The notes beneath the pieces are model-generated. The model made no database searches. It saw only the letters and a list, made by a program, of their open reading frames with translations, and had not been told where the DNA came from. Both the position numbers and the translations under genes were made by a program. A stretch of DNA of 59,249 bases from NCBI GenBank assembly GCA_031394155.1, contig JANMWW010000288.1:1-59249 (forward strand), in the 5' to 3' direction. Origin of the DNA: Chloroflexota bacterium (GTDB lineage Bacteria > Chloroflexota > Limnocylindria > P2-11E). Below, piece by piece: positions 8,571 through 17,230 of the stretch; the first letter of the stretch is position 1; each line of letters begins with the position of its first letter.

Positions 8571-8584
8571 GGGCCGAAAGTCCC
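8571..8584. promoter_or_regulatory. DosR-box-like imperfect palindrome GGGCCGAAAGTCCC
   Basis: Lies in the divergent intergenic region between 8535 and 8698. It matches the core GGGAC-TWWA-GTCCC of the mycobacterial DosR consensus (quoted from memory) at 12 of 14 positions. It is a single occurrence. Confidence 0.2.
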
Positions 8585-8697
8585 GGGCTGCCGGTCCTGA
8601 GGGCCTGCGGATTGGCACGTCGGGACCTTTCCTCGAGGCTGGTCTGACGTCCAATTCCTGATCCTGCTGTATTTCCGCCTGTCGCGATAATCAAGCC

Positions 8698-10101
8698 ATG
8701 AGCGCGGCTGGACGAACTGGGTACTCTCGCCGCCTTCGGATCGTCGCGGTGGTGCTTCCATCACTGCTGATCGCCGCTCTCGTGGGCCTCGAGTACTTCG
8801 TCCTGGAGCGGCTGTTCTCCGCCGGCGTTTCGCATCTGGTAGCGCTGCTGATCGGTGTCGCGGGGGTGCTCGCCTTCTCGACGGCTGTCTTTAACCAGCT
8901 CAGCGCGCTCCAGTTCCGCGACCGTTCGAACACTCAGCGGCTTCACGCCCTCGCCGACGCGCTCGAGCAGAAGCGCCAGCAGCTGCAGGCCGTGAACACC
9001 GCCGGCCTGGCGCTGACGTCGGAGCTCGACCGCAATGAAGTGCTCCAACGCGTCGCCGACCAGGCGCGGCTCGTCGCGGACGCGAAGTACGCGGCCCTCG
9101 GCGTGTTCGACGAGGAGGGCATCGTCGAGAGCTTCACCACGTCAGGCATCAGCGAGGAGGACCGCGCGCGGATCGGCCCGCTCCCACGCGGCCTCGGCTT
9201 GCTGGGGCATCTGCAGGTCGAGCGCCGGCCGCTGCGCCTGCGGGACCTGCACGACCACCCCTCCTCGGTCGGGTTCCCCAAGAACCACCCGCCAATGAAG
9301 AGCTTCCTCGGGACTCCGATCTTGCTGCGCGGTGAACCGCTCGGCAACCTGTACCTCACGGAGAAGCAGAACGGCGACGAGTTCACCGCGGACGACGCCG
9401 AAGCGCTCGAGACGCTTGCCGCGCAGGCGGCCATCGCGATCGAGAATGCCAGGCTGTACTCGCAGTCTGAGCGCGTGTCGATCCTCGAGGAACGGCATCG
9501 CATCCGGATGGATCTGCACGACGGCGTCATGCAGTCGCTCTACGGCATCGGGCTGCTGCTCGAAGACGTCGCCGAGCGCCTACACGAAGAGCCCGAGCAC
9601 GCGAAGGCGCAGCTCATGCGGACGGTCGACGGCCTGAACGCCGCGATCGCGGACCTGCGCGGCTACGTGCTGGGACTGCGCCCGATCACCGCCAGCGGCC
9701 GGCCGCTCGAGGAATCGCTCGAGCTGTTGGCCGAGCAGGCGCGCTCGAACGCGCTGATCGACGTGGATCTCTTCATCGCCGATGGGGTGACCGAGCGTCT
9801 CGGCCGGGAGCGCCGCGAGGCGGCGTACTACATCGCCGCGGACGCGCTCGGAAACATCGCTCGACACGCGCGGGCACGGCGCGTGTCGCTCGAACTCTCC
9901 GAGCGCAACGGAGACGCGATCCTCGAGATCAGAGACGACGGTGTCGGGTTCACGACCGACGAGGCGACGTCCGGCCATGGCCTCGCGAACATGCGGCAAC
10001 GTGCCTTCGCGGTCGGAGGCACGCTGCAGGTCGAGAGCGCACCGGGGAGTGGCGCGCGAGTACGCTTGGAGCTGCCGATGAGCGTGAAGGGGGCCAAGTG
10101 A
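8698..10101 (+). CDS. membrane-anchored GAF-domain sensor histidine kinase (HisKA_3 class, DevS/DosS-like architecture)
   Basis: 467 aa. Two N-terminal TM segments, then a GAF domain (VLQRVADQARLVADAKYAALGVFDEEG...GNLYLTEK), the H-box RMDLHDGVMQSLYG and an HATPase domain (NIARHA, DDGVGF, GLANMRQRA). Confidence 0.9.
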   Translation: MSAAGRTGYSRRLRIVAVVLPSLLIAALVGLEYFVLERLFSAGVSHLVALLIGVAGVLAFSTAVFNQLSALQFRDRSNTQRLHALADALEQKRQQLQAVNTAGLALTSELDRNEVLQRVADQARLVADAKYAALGVFDEEGIVESFTTSGISEEDRARIGPLPRGLGLLGHLQVERRPLRLRDLHDHPSSVGFPKNHPPMKSFLGTPILLRGEPLGNLYLTEKQNGDEFTADDAEALETLAAQAAIAIENARLYSQSERVSILEERHRIRMDLHDGVMQSLYGIGLLLEDVAERLHEEPEHAKAQLMRTVDGLNAAIADLRGYVLGLRPITASGRPLEESLELLAEQARSNALIDVDLFIADGVTERLGRERREAAYYIAADALGNIARHARARRVSLELSERNGDAILEIRDDGVGFTTDEATSGHGLANMRQRAFAVGGTLQVESAPGSGARVRLELPMSVKGAK

Positions 10102-10748
10102 GCGAGGGGGCGATCCGCGTGATGCTCGTCGACGACCACGAGGTCGTCCGCGAGGGATTGCGCACGCTCATCGGGCGCCACAAGGAGTTCACCGTCGCCG
10201 CCGAGGCCTCGACGATGGCCGAAGCGATCGCAGCGGCGGCGCACGCGAAACCCGACGTGATCATCATGGACGTGCGCCTGCCCGATGGCAGCGGTGTCGA
10301 AGCGTGCCGCGCCATCCGCGAAACTCGCCCGGAGACGAAGGTCATCATGCTCACGTCGTATGCGGACGACGAGGCGCTGTTCGCCTCGATCGTCGCCGGC
10401 GCGGCGGGCTACCTCCTGAAGCAGACCCGCGGTCAAGCCGTGATCGACGCGATCACGTCCGTCGCGCAGGGGCGCTCGCTCCTCGATCCAGACGTGACCG
10501 GTAAAGTGCTCGAGCGCGTGAGGCGCGGCCGCGAGGACGAGGATCCGGCTTTCGCATCGCTCACCGATCAGGAGCGCAAGGTCCTCGAGCACCTCGCCGA
10601 GGGCCGGACGAACCGCGAGATCGGCGAGGCGCTCTTCCTGTCGGAAAAGACGGTGAAGAACTACGTGAGCCGAATCCTCGACAAGCTCGGTCTGGCGCGC
10701 AGGGCCGAGGCCGCGGCGTATATGGCCAAGCGAAGACCGCGCTTCTAG
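10098..10748 (+). CDS. NarL/LuxR-family response regulator (DevR/DosR-like architecture)
   Basis: The GTG overlaps the HK stop (GTGA). Receiver domain IRVMLVDDHEVVREGL..VIIMDVRLPDGSG. HTH LTDQERKVLEHLAEGRTNREIGEALFLSEKTVKNYVSRILDKL. Confidence 0.9.
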   Translation: MSEGAIRVMLVDDHEVVREGLRTLIGRHKEFTVAAEASTMAEAIAAAAHAKPDVIIMDVRLPDGSGVEACRAIRETRPETKVIMLTSYADDEALFASIVAGAAGYLLKQTRGQAVIDAITSVAQGRSLLDPDVTGKVLERVRRGREDEDPAFASLTDQERKVLEHLAEGRTNREIGEALFLSEKTVKNYVSRILDKLGLARRAEAAAYMAKRRPRF

Positions 10749-10791
10749 GCCGAACGGCCCGTATCGGCGTCGGGCATCGCCCGGCACCATC

Positions 10792-10815
10792 GGGCGGCCT
10801 AACGGATGGCCGCCC
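10792..10815. terminator. hairpin between convergent genes
   Basis: GGGCGGCC (10792-10799), an 8-nt loop, then GGCCGCCC (10808-10815). It sits between the RR stop (10748) and the stop of the minus-strand gene at 10879. Confidence 0.35.
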
Positions 10816-10878
10816 CTGCGCCTGCGTACGCTCGGAGCATGGACGCGCGGCCTGGCCCGTGGCCGCAGGACCGCGCCG

Positions 10879-13662
10879 CTAGCGAGTCCGACCGATGTTC
10901 GACTGAAACGACCCGCGGCGGTCGATGCGGACCCGCGCATCCACGACCACAGCGCCCTGCTCGAGCACGACGACCGGATTCGCATCGAGCTCGCTGATCT
11001 CGGGGTGTGCGTCGACGAGCGCCGCGACGCGCAGGATCACGTCCTCGAGGGCCGCCACGTCCGCCTTCGGCGCGCCGCGGTAGCCCTCGAGCAGCGGGAA
11101 CGTGCGCAGTGTCCGCACCATCTCCGACGCATCTCGCTCGGTGAGCGGGGTGAGGCGAACGTTCACGTCCTTCATGAGCTCGACGTTCGTGCCCCCCGCG
11201 CCGCACGCGACGACGCGTCCAAAGAGCGGATCGTGCACGACACCGACAAGCATCTCGACACCCTTTTGCGCCATTGGTTGCACGAGGAATCGCATGGCGG
11301 GGTCACCGATGCGCTCGCGCATCTGCTCCGCTGCGCCACGCACCGCTTCCGCCTCGAGTCCGAGCAGCACGCCGCCCGCTTCGGTCTTATGGACCAGCGA
11401 CGGCGCGATCGCCTTCACCGCCACGCGCCCGCCGATCTTCAGCGCCGCCGCCGCGGCCTCATCGGGCGTCGCGACGACGCGTCCGGGAAGTGGGATCCCA
11501 TAGCAGCTGAAGAGCTCGACGACCTCCTCGTGCGCGAGCCAGCCCTGGCCGCGGGCGAGCGCCCGATCGAGCACGCGCTGGGCGTCGGCGCGGCGCAGGC
11601 CCGCGAACGAGCGGGTCGTCGACTCCGGCCGCGCGCGCCAGGTCCCGTAGCGGACCGCGTGACCCAGGGCGACCGCTGCGTCCTCGGGATAGCGATAGGT
11701 CGGGATCTCTGGACCCGGTCCCAAAGGACGGTCGAGAGCGCCGGGAGCCGACATGAAGACCGATAGCACCGGAACGGCGCGCGCCAAGGAGCGCGCGGCG
11801 GTCGCCACGCTCGCTTCCACGGCGGCACGTGCGCTCAGCAGCGGAGGGATGAAGATGACGATGATCGCGTCGACCTCCTCGCACGCCGCGAGGACGGAGA
11901 GTGCGCGGCCGTAATTGGCCGCCGAGGCGGAGGCGATCATGTCCACCGGATTGGCCGTCGAGGCCTCCGCGGGCAGGAACTCCCTGAGGGCAGACTGCGT
12001 CTTCGCCGGCAGCGGTGCGACATCGAGACCGGCTGCCTCGCATGCGTCGGCGCAGAGGATCGCGGGCCCGCCCGCGTTCGTCAGGATCGCCACCCGCCTG
12101 CCCATGGGCGGGGGCTGCGTCGCGAGGAGCGTCGCGACGTCGAACATCTCTTTGAGGGTCGTCGTGCGGATCACTCCCGCTTGCGCGAAGAGCGCGTCGA
12201 CCGTGACATCCGACGACGCGACGAGCGCGCCGGTATGCGATGAGGTGGCTCTCGCGCCGGCGACACCACGACCGCTCTTCACCGCGACGATCGGTTTCGT
12301 ACGCGCGACGCGCCGGCTGATCCGCGCGAAGCGCTGCGGATTGCCGAAGGACTCGAGGTAGAGAAGGACGATGTCGGTCGCCGGATCCTTGTCCCAGTAC
12401 TGCAGGAAGTCGTTGCTTGACAGATCCGCCTTGTTGCCGACCGAGACGAACGTCGACAGCCCCAGGCCGCGCTCGCGGGCCTCGTTGATGATCGCCAGGC
12501 CAAGCGCGCCGCTCTGCGAGAGGAACCCGACGCGACCCGCCGGCGGATAGGTTGGGGCGAAGGTCGCGTTGAGCTGGACATCAGCGGCCGTGTTGAGCAC
12601 GCCCATGCAGTTCGGGCCGACCAGGCGCATCCCCGCGTCGCGGCAGATCGCGATGAGCTCACTTTGCACCCGCAGACCCTCCGGTCCCGTCTCGCCGAAG
12701 CCGGCGGTGATCACGACGAGGGCGCGCACGCCCTTCGCGCCGCATTCGCGAGCGACTGCGATCACATGGCGGGCCGGAACGACGATCACCGCGAGATCGA
12801 CATGGCCGGGGATCTCGGCGACGGTGGGATACGCCCGTACCGACTGCACCACCGGAACGCCAACGTTGACCGGGTACACGGGACCGTTGAACCCGGTCGC
12901 GATCAGGTTGTGGAACACCTCACCGCCGATCGAGCCGCGCTCGCGGCCGGCGCCGATCACCGCCACGGAACGCGGTCGCAGCAGGGGCACGAGCGACGCG
13001 ATCGTGGCCACCTGATCGCGCGAATCCAAGCGCGCGAGCGCCTCCGGAGCGAAGGATGTCGGCATCTCGATCGTGATGCCGCCATCCGTCCATCGGCTCG
13101 TCGTGGGAAATCCGGACTCGCGGAACATCCGGAGCATGTTCGCGTTGTCGGTCATGACCGACGCCTCGAACGACGTGATGCCCTGGGTCGAGGCGCTCTC
13201 CGCCAACATCCCGAGCAGCAGGCTCCCCACACCGCGCCCCTGGTACGTGTCCGCGACGGCGAACGCGACCTCGGCGTGATCCGGCGTGATGGGAATGAAG
13301 CACGCGTGAGCGACGCATACGTCACCAGCGAACGCGAGCAGATTCCGCGAGCCCGCCTGCGCGAACAGGCGGTGCGCGGCCCCGCCGACATCGGACGCGA
13401 GCGAGAAGAAGCGGAATTCACGTGACCGCGGAGTGAGGGAGCTCAGGAGACCCGATAGCGTCGCCTCATCGTCGGCCTGCGCCTCGCGAACGCGAAGGAT
13501 TGAGCCATCCCGAAGGATGACGTCGATCTCGGTGCGATCAGGTGTGAGGACCGTGACGCTGACTATGGACCGAGCGCGGAAAAGCATGCCTGGGCGGCGC
13601 ACGAGGAGGGTCGAAGGTCCCTCGAACACGTGCCGGTCGGCCGTCGAGGCGTCGGTCACCAC
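10879..13662 (-). CDS. GNAT acetyltransferase fused to an ADP-forming acyl-CoA synthetase-type module (CoA-binding, ligase-CoA and ATP-grasp domains)
   Basis: GNAT motif YQGRGVGSLLLGML. CoA-binding motif SVAVIGAGRERGSIGGEVFHNL. Phosphohistidine-loop-like motif ATSSHTGALVAS. C-terminal ATP-grasp motif VAVKAIAPSLVHKTEAGGVLLGL. The start is uncertain: the longest ORF begins with GTG only 16 nt from the divergent 13679 gene, and an internal ATG (MLFRARS) lies at 13587. Confidence 0.85.
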   Translation of the reverse strand: MVTDASTADRHVFEGPSTLLVRRPGMLFRARSIVSVTVLTPDRTEIDVILRDGSILRVREAQADDEATLSGLLSSLTPRSREFRFFSLASDVGGAAHRLFAQAGSRNLLAFAGDVCVAHACFIPITPDHAEVAFAVADTYQGRGVGSLLLGMLAESASTQGITSFEASVMTDNANMLRMFRESGFPTTSRWTDGGITIEMPTSFAPEALARLDSRDQVATIASLVPLLRPRSVAVIGAGRERGSIGGEVFHNLIATGFNGPVYPVNVGVPVVQSVRAYPTVAEIPGHVDLAVIVVPARHVIAVARECGAKGVRALVVITAGFGETGPEGLRVQSELIAICRDAGMRLVGPNCMGVLNTAADVQLNATFAPTYPPAGRVGFLSQSGALGLAIINEARERGLGLSTFVSVGNKADLSSNDFLQYWDKDPATDIVLLYLESFGNPQRFARISRRVARTKPIVAVKSGRGVAGARATSSHTGALVASSDVTVDALFAQAGVIRTTTLKEMFDVATLLATQPPPMGRRVAILTNAGGPAILCADACEAAGLDVAPLPAKTQSALREFLPAEASTANPVDMIASASAANYGRALSVLAACEEVDAIIVIFIPPLLSARAAVEASVATAARSLARAVPVLSVFMSAPGALDRPLGPGPEIPTYRYPEDAAVALGHAVRYGTWRARPESTTRSFAGLRRADAQRVLDRALARGQGWLAHEEVVELFSCYGIPLPGRVVATPDEAAAAALKIGGRVAVKAIAPSLVHKTEAGGVLLGLEAEAVRGAAEQMRERIGDPAMRFLVQPMAQKGVEMLVGVVHDPLFGRVVACGAGGTNVELMKDVNVRLTPLTERDASEMVRTLRTFPLLEGYRGAPKADVAALEDVILRVAALVDAHPEISELDANPVVVLEQGAVVVDARVRIDRRGSFQSNIGRTR

Positions 13663-13678
13663 TGCGTAGGGTCTTCAC

Positions 13679-14776
13679 ATGACAAAAGAAGCAAACGACC
13701 ACCTCCCACTATCCACAGAGGCGCCTGAGGACGCGAACGCGATGCTCGCGCGCCGCACGCTCCTTGGCGCGGTCGGCGTGGCAGCGATCGGCGGGGTCAC
13801 GGCAGCCGTGCTCGGACTGACCGGCCGCGGGGCCCCGGCCGTACGGGTCGCCGCGGCCACGTCAACGGCGGTGCCGTCTGCCGCACGATCGGCCGCTCCC
13901 TCAGCGACCGCCACCGCGATAGATCACGACGCCCACGCTGAAGCCATGGTCAAGGCCTTCCCCGCGAAGACCGCGGGACTCGGCCTGCAGGAGCTCGCAT
14001 CCACGGTCATCGGGGGCGTACGCCAGTTCGAGCTCACCTGTATGAAGACACGCTGGGAGGTCACACCCGGCGTCTTCGTCGACGCGCTCTCCTACAACGG
14101 CCAGGTCCCGGGACCGACCATCCGCGTAACCGAAGGCGAGCGTGTTCGGATCCTCGTGAAGAACGATCTCGACCAGACGACCGGTACGCACTGGCATGGC
14201 CAGCGCCTGCTGAACAAGATGGACGGCGTTCCGTTCCTCACGCAGCCCACGATCAAGCCAGGCGAGACGTTCACGTACGAGTTCGTGGCGAACCCGTTCG
14301 GGAGCCACATGTACCACTCGCATCACAACGCCACCGAGCAGGTCGGCCGCGGGATGCTCGGTCCGCTCCTGGTCATGCCGAAGGATCCCTCTGTCGATCC
14401 CAAGCACGACCAGGACCACGTGATCATCCTCAACGATCAGATGGGCGGACTCACGCTCAACGGCAAGGGATTCCCCGCGACGACGCCATACACGGCGAAG
14501 GTCGGCGAACGGATCCGTTTCCGCTTCATGAACGAGGGTCAGATGGCGCATCCGATGCACCTCCACGGCATGCCGTTCGAGGTCTTCGCTCGCGACGGGT
14601 ATCCCCTCCCGCAGCCCTACCGATGCGACACCGTGAACGTCTCACCGGGGGAGCGCTGGGATGTGATCGTGGTCGCGGACGAACCGGGGGCGTGGGCGTT
14701 CCACTGCCACATCCTGGGCCACGCCGAGGCAAGCGGCGGGATGTTCGGCATGGTCACCGCGCTCATCGTCACATGA
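13679..14776 (+). CDS. two-domain multicopper oxidase with twin-arginine signal
   Basis: Tat-like signal ..AMLARRTLLGAVGVAAIGG. Copper ligand motifs THWHG, HSHH, HPMHLHG and HCHILGHAEASGGMFG. The start could also be the internal MLARR at 13742. Confidence 0.85.
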   Translation: MTKEANDHLPLSTEAPEDANAMLARRTLLGAVGVAAIGGVTAAVLGLTGRGAPAVRVAAATSTAVPSAARSAAPSATATAIDHDAHAEAMVKAFPAKTAGLGLQELASTVIGGVRQFELTCMKTRWEVTPGVFVDALSYNGQVPGPTIRVTEGERVRILVKNDLDQTTGTHWHGQRLLNKMDGVPFLTQPTIKPGETFTYEFVANPFGSHMYHSHHNATEQVGRGMLGPLLVMPKDPSVDPKHDQDHVIILNDQMGGLTLNGKGFPATTPYTAKVGERIRFRFMNEGQMAHPMHLHGMPFEVFARDGYPLPQPYRCDTVNVSPGERWDVIVVADEPGAWAFHCHILGHAEASGGMFGMVTALIVT

Positions 14777-14824
14777 GCGTCGACGCGCCTCGTCGGTGCC
14801 GCGATCGTCTAGGAAAGGAGCGGT

Positions 14825-15292
14825 GTGATGCTGGGGACACTCACGCGCACGCAGATCGAGAACGTGCTCCGCGCGGGAACGGTCGGGCGCATTGGGGTCA
14901 CCGCCGACGGCAGGACCTACGTGGTGCCGATCACCTACGTCTACGAGGGTGACTCGGTCTACGGCCACACCACCATCGGACAGAAGGTCCGGATGATGCG
15001 CAAGAGTCCGGACGTGTGCTTCGAGGTCGAGGACATCAAAGACATGGCGAACTGGCGGACAGCGATCACATGGGGCCGCTATGAAGAGCTGACCGGGGAC
15101 GTCGCGACCGCGGCCGCAAAGCTGATCGCCGCGCGCTTGGGCCCGCTCACGACGAGCGCGACCGCGGGTCCCGCCGGCCCGGCAGCGCGCAAGGCCCAAA
15201 CGCACGTCTCGTATCGCATCCGCCTGACCGAGCGGACGGGCCGCTATGAGCGGCAAGCGGCTACACGGCGCAAAGGAGGATCCCGTGGCTGA
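14825..15292 (+). CDS. pyridoxamine 5'-phosphate oxidase (PNPOx)-family flavoprotein
   Basis: MMLGTLTRTQIENVLRAGTVGRIGVTADGRTYVVPITYVYEGDSVYGHT..: split-barrel PNPOx-like pattern. GGAAAGGAG lies upstream. Confidence 0.8.
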   Translation: MMLGTLTRTQIENVLRAGTVGRIGVTADGRTYVVPITYVYEGDSVYGHTTIGQKVRMMRKSPDVCFEVEDIKDMANWRTAITWGRYEELTGDVATAAAKLIAARLGPLTTSATAGPAGPAARKAQTHVSYRIRLTERTGRYERQAATRRKGGSRG

Positions 15293-15536
15293 GATAAGCG
15301 GCATATCGCGGGAGCACACGTCTATTGCTGTGTCGCCCACGGCGCTCGTGGCGTCGAGTAGTGCCTGGGTTGCATCCAGCTGAAAGAGATCGTCGACCGA
15401 GCGTCCCCGCCGTAGATCGTGTGTGAGTCGAAAGCTGCCGGTGACCCGGACGCCGACGATCCGCAGTTCATCGAGTGGTGCAATCAGCACCATCGCTTAC
15501 GCCGCTAGATCGACCGCGCGCTGCGCGCTCGGACGA

Positions 15537-16880
15537 TCAGCGCTTCGCGAGGCGCAGGAGGAAGAGCGCTTCTGCCAGGCACGCGCGCTCGAGCTCGCCG
15601 AGATCGAGGCTCTCGTCCGGTCCATGCGCGCCGGAGCGCGGATCCTCGACACCGGTCACCATGATCTCGGCCTTCGGGAAGAGCTCGGCCAGATCGAAAA
15701 GGAACGGGATCGTTCCGCCGGCGCCGATATCGATGGCCTTGTGGTCCCAGGCCTTGGAGAGTGCGCTCTTCATGGCCTTGTACGCGGGACCGCCTGTCTT
15801 CGTGACGAACGGCTCGCCGCTCGACTCGTGCGTGAAGCGGACCTCGGCTCCCCACGGAACGTTCTTGCGCAGATGTTCGACGAGCGCGGCGAGTGCCTTC
15901 TTCCCGTCCTGGCCCGGCGGGATGCGCATGCTCACCTTCGCGCGCGCGACCGGGACGAGCTGGTTGATCGCGTCGCGCACCGCCGGGGCGTCGATCGCGA
16001 GAATCGAAAGGCTGGGCTTCATCCAGAGACGATCGGTGAGCCCACCCTTTCCTAAGAGCTGGACACCATCGCGGGCACCCGCTTGCTTTCGCAGCTCCTC
16101 CTCTGTCAGGTCGAGCTTCTTCGCCTTGCCGCGGACGATGCCTTCGATCGCGACGTCGCCTTTCTTGTCGTGCAGCGTCGCGAGGAGATGCGCGAGCGAG
16201 GTGAGCGCGTCCGGGAACGGGCCGCCGAACTGACCGGAGTGCACGGCCTTGTCGAGGACCCGCAGCTCGACGACACAAGAGACAACTCCCCGAAGGGTCG
16301 TGGTGAGCGCAGGTTCGCCGAGTCGCCAGTTGCCGCCATCGGCCACGACCACGGCATCGCACGCAAGGCGCTCGCGCTCCTGCTCGAGATACGAGCGCAG
16401 GTTCTCTGATCCGGCCTCTTCCTCACCCTCGATGAAGACCGCCACGCCCACCGGTGGTTTTCCCTCGAAGGCGCGCAGCGCCGCGATGTGCGCGACCACG
16501 CCGGCCTTGTCGTCGGAGCTGCCCCGGCCGTACAGGCGGCCGTCGCGCATGGTCGGGGTGAACGCCGGCGAGCCCCATTCGCTCTCAGGTCCGGGCGGCT
16601 GGACGTCGTGGTGTGCGTAGAGAAGGACGGTCGGAGCGCCAGGCGGCGCCTTCACGTAGCCGACGACAGCCGGGTGGCCGTTCTCGGAACGCAGGATCTT
16701 GACCTCGACGCCGACGGCCCGGAGCATCTCGGCCACGGCGTCGGCGGAATGGCGAAGCGGCTCGGGCGGCCAGTCGACGGCGCTCACGGATGGGATGGAG
16801 ACCAGCGTCTCCAGATCCTGCCGGACCTGCGGCATGGCTGCGTGAATGCGGTCCTTGAGCGTGGCGGCGGATGGAGCCAT
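15537..16880 (-). CDS. M20-family dipeptidase/metallopeptidase
   Basis: Start at MAPSAATLKDRIHAAMPQVRQDLETLVSIPSVS (ATG 16880). Motifs LLYAHHDVQP, GRGSSDDKAG and EGEEEAGS. Confidence 0.85.
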   Translation of the reverse strand: MAPSAATLKDRIHAAMPQVRQDLETLVSIPSVSAVDWPPEPLRHSADAVAEMLRAVGVEVKILRSENGHPAVVGYVKAPPGAPTVLLYAHHDVQPPGPESEWGSPAFTPTMRDGRLYGRGSSDDKAGVVAHIAALRAFEGKPPVGVAVFIEGEEEAGSENLRSYLEQERERLACDAVVVADGGNWRLGEPALTTTLRGVVSCVVELRVLDKAVHSGQFGGPFPDALTSLAHLLATLHDKKGDVAIEGIVRGKAKKLDLTEEELRKQAGARDGVQLLGKGGLTDRLWMKPSLSILAIDAPAVRDAINQLVPVARAKVSMRIPPGQDGKKALAALVEHLRKNVPWGAEVRFTHESSGEPFVTKTGGPAYKAMKSALSKAWDHKAIDIGAGGTIPFLFDLAELFPKAEIMVTGVEDPRSGAHGPDESLDLGELERACLAEALFLLRLAKR

Positions 16881-16933
16881 CACCCCGGAGTATCCGACTT
16901 TGTCCCGGCACGCGCTCTGCTTAGGGAGCGGGC

Positions 16934-17230
16934 ATGCGGGCACAAAAACGACCGGCGCGCGAATGGACCGAGCAGGACGACGGCATGCTCGACGCGATCC
17001 TCGCGCTCGGGAAGATCTGGGACGAGCGCGACGGCCACGTCACCCTGGCCGCGTTGGAGCTCGATGCGCGCCTGGTGACCTTTGTCGTGTCAGGCCTGTG
17101 CCCGCGCCACGGACAGTTCGTCGCGGATTGGACCGGGCGCTGCACCGATCCCGTCCCGATGGAAGCACGCTGCCCCGCCGCCGAGAGCGGACGCTGCTGG
17201 GAGACCTCTCCGGTCTACGTTCTCGTTTAG
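16934..17230 (+). CDS. hypothetical 98-aa protein
   Basis: It fills the gap between divergent and convergent neighbours. Third positions are G/C-rich throughout. I recognise no family. Confidence 0.45.
   Translation: MRAQKRPAREWTEQDDGMLDAILALGKIWDERDGHVTLAALELDARLVTFVVSGLCPRHGQFVADWTGRCTDPVPMEARCPAAESGRCWETSPVYVLV

Noticed and set aside
13663-13678. Only 16 nt between the divergent starts of the GNAT/ACS fusion and the multicopper oxidase
   Set aside because: It is most likely an artefact of taking the longest ORFs. Internal starts (ATG 13587 and ATG 13742) would give a normal intergenic region of about 150 nt, so it is not treated as a real anomaly.
14642-15292. Downstream part of the 283-aa minus-strand ORF 14642..15493
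   Set aside because: It runs antisense through the PNPOx gene and the end of the multicopper oxidase gene. Only its first roughly 65 codons, in the intergenic gap, were kept, as a possible gene remnant (see findings).
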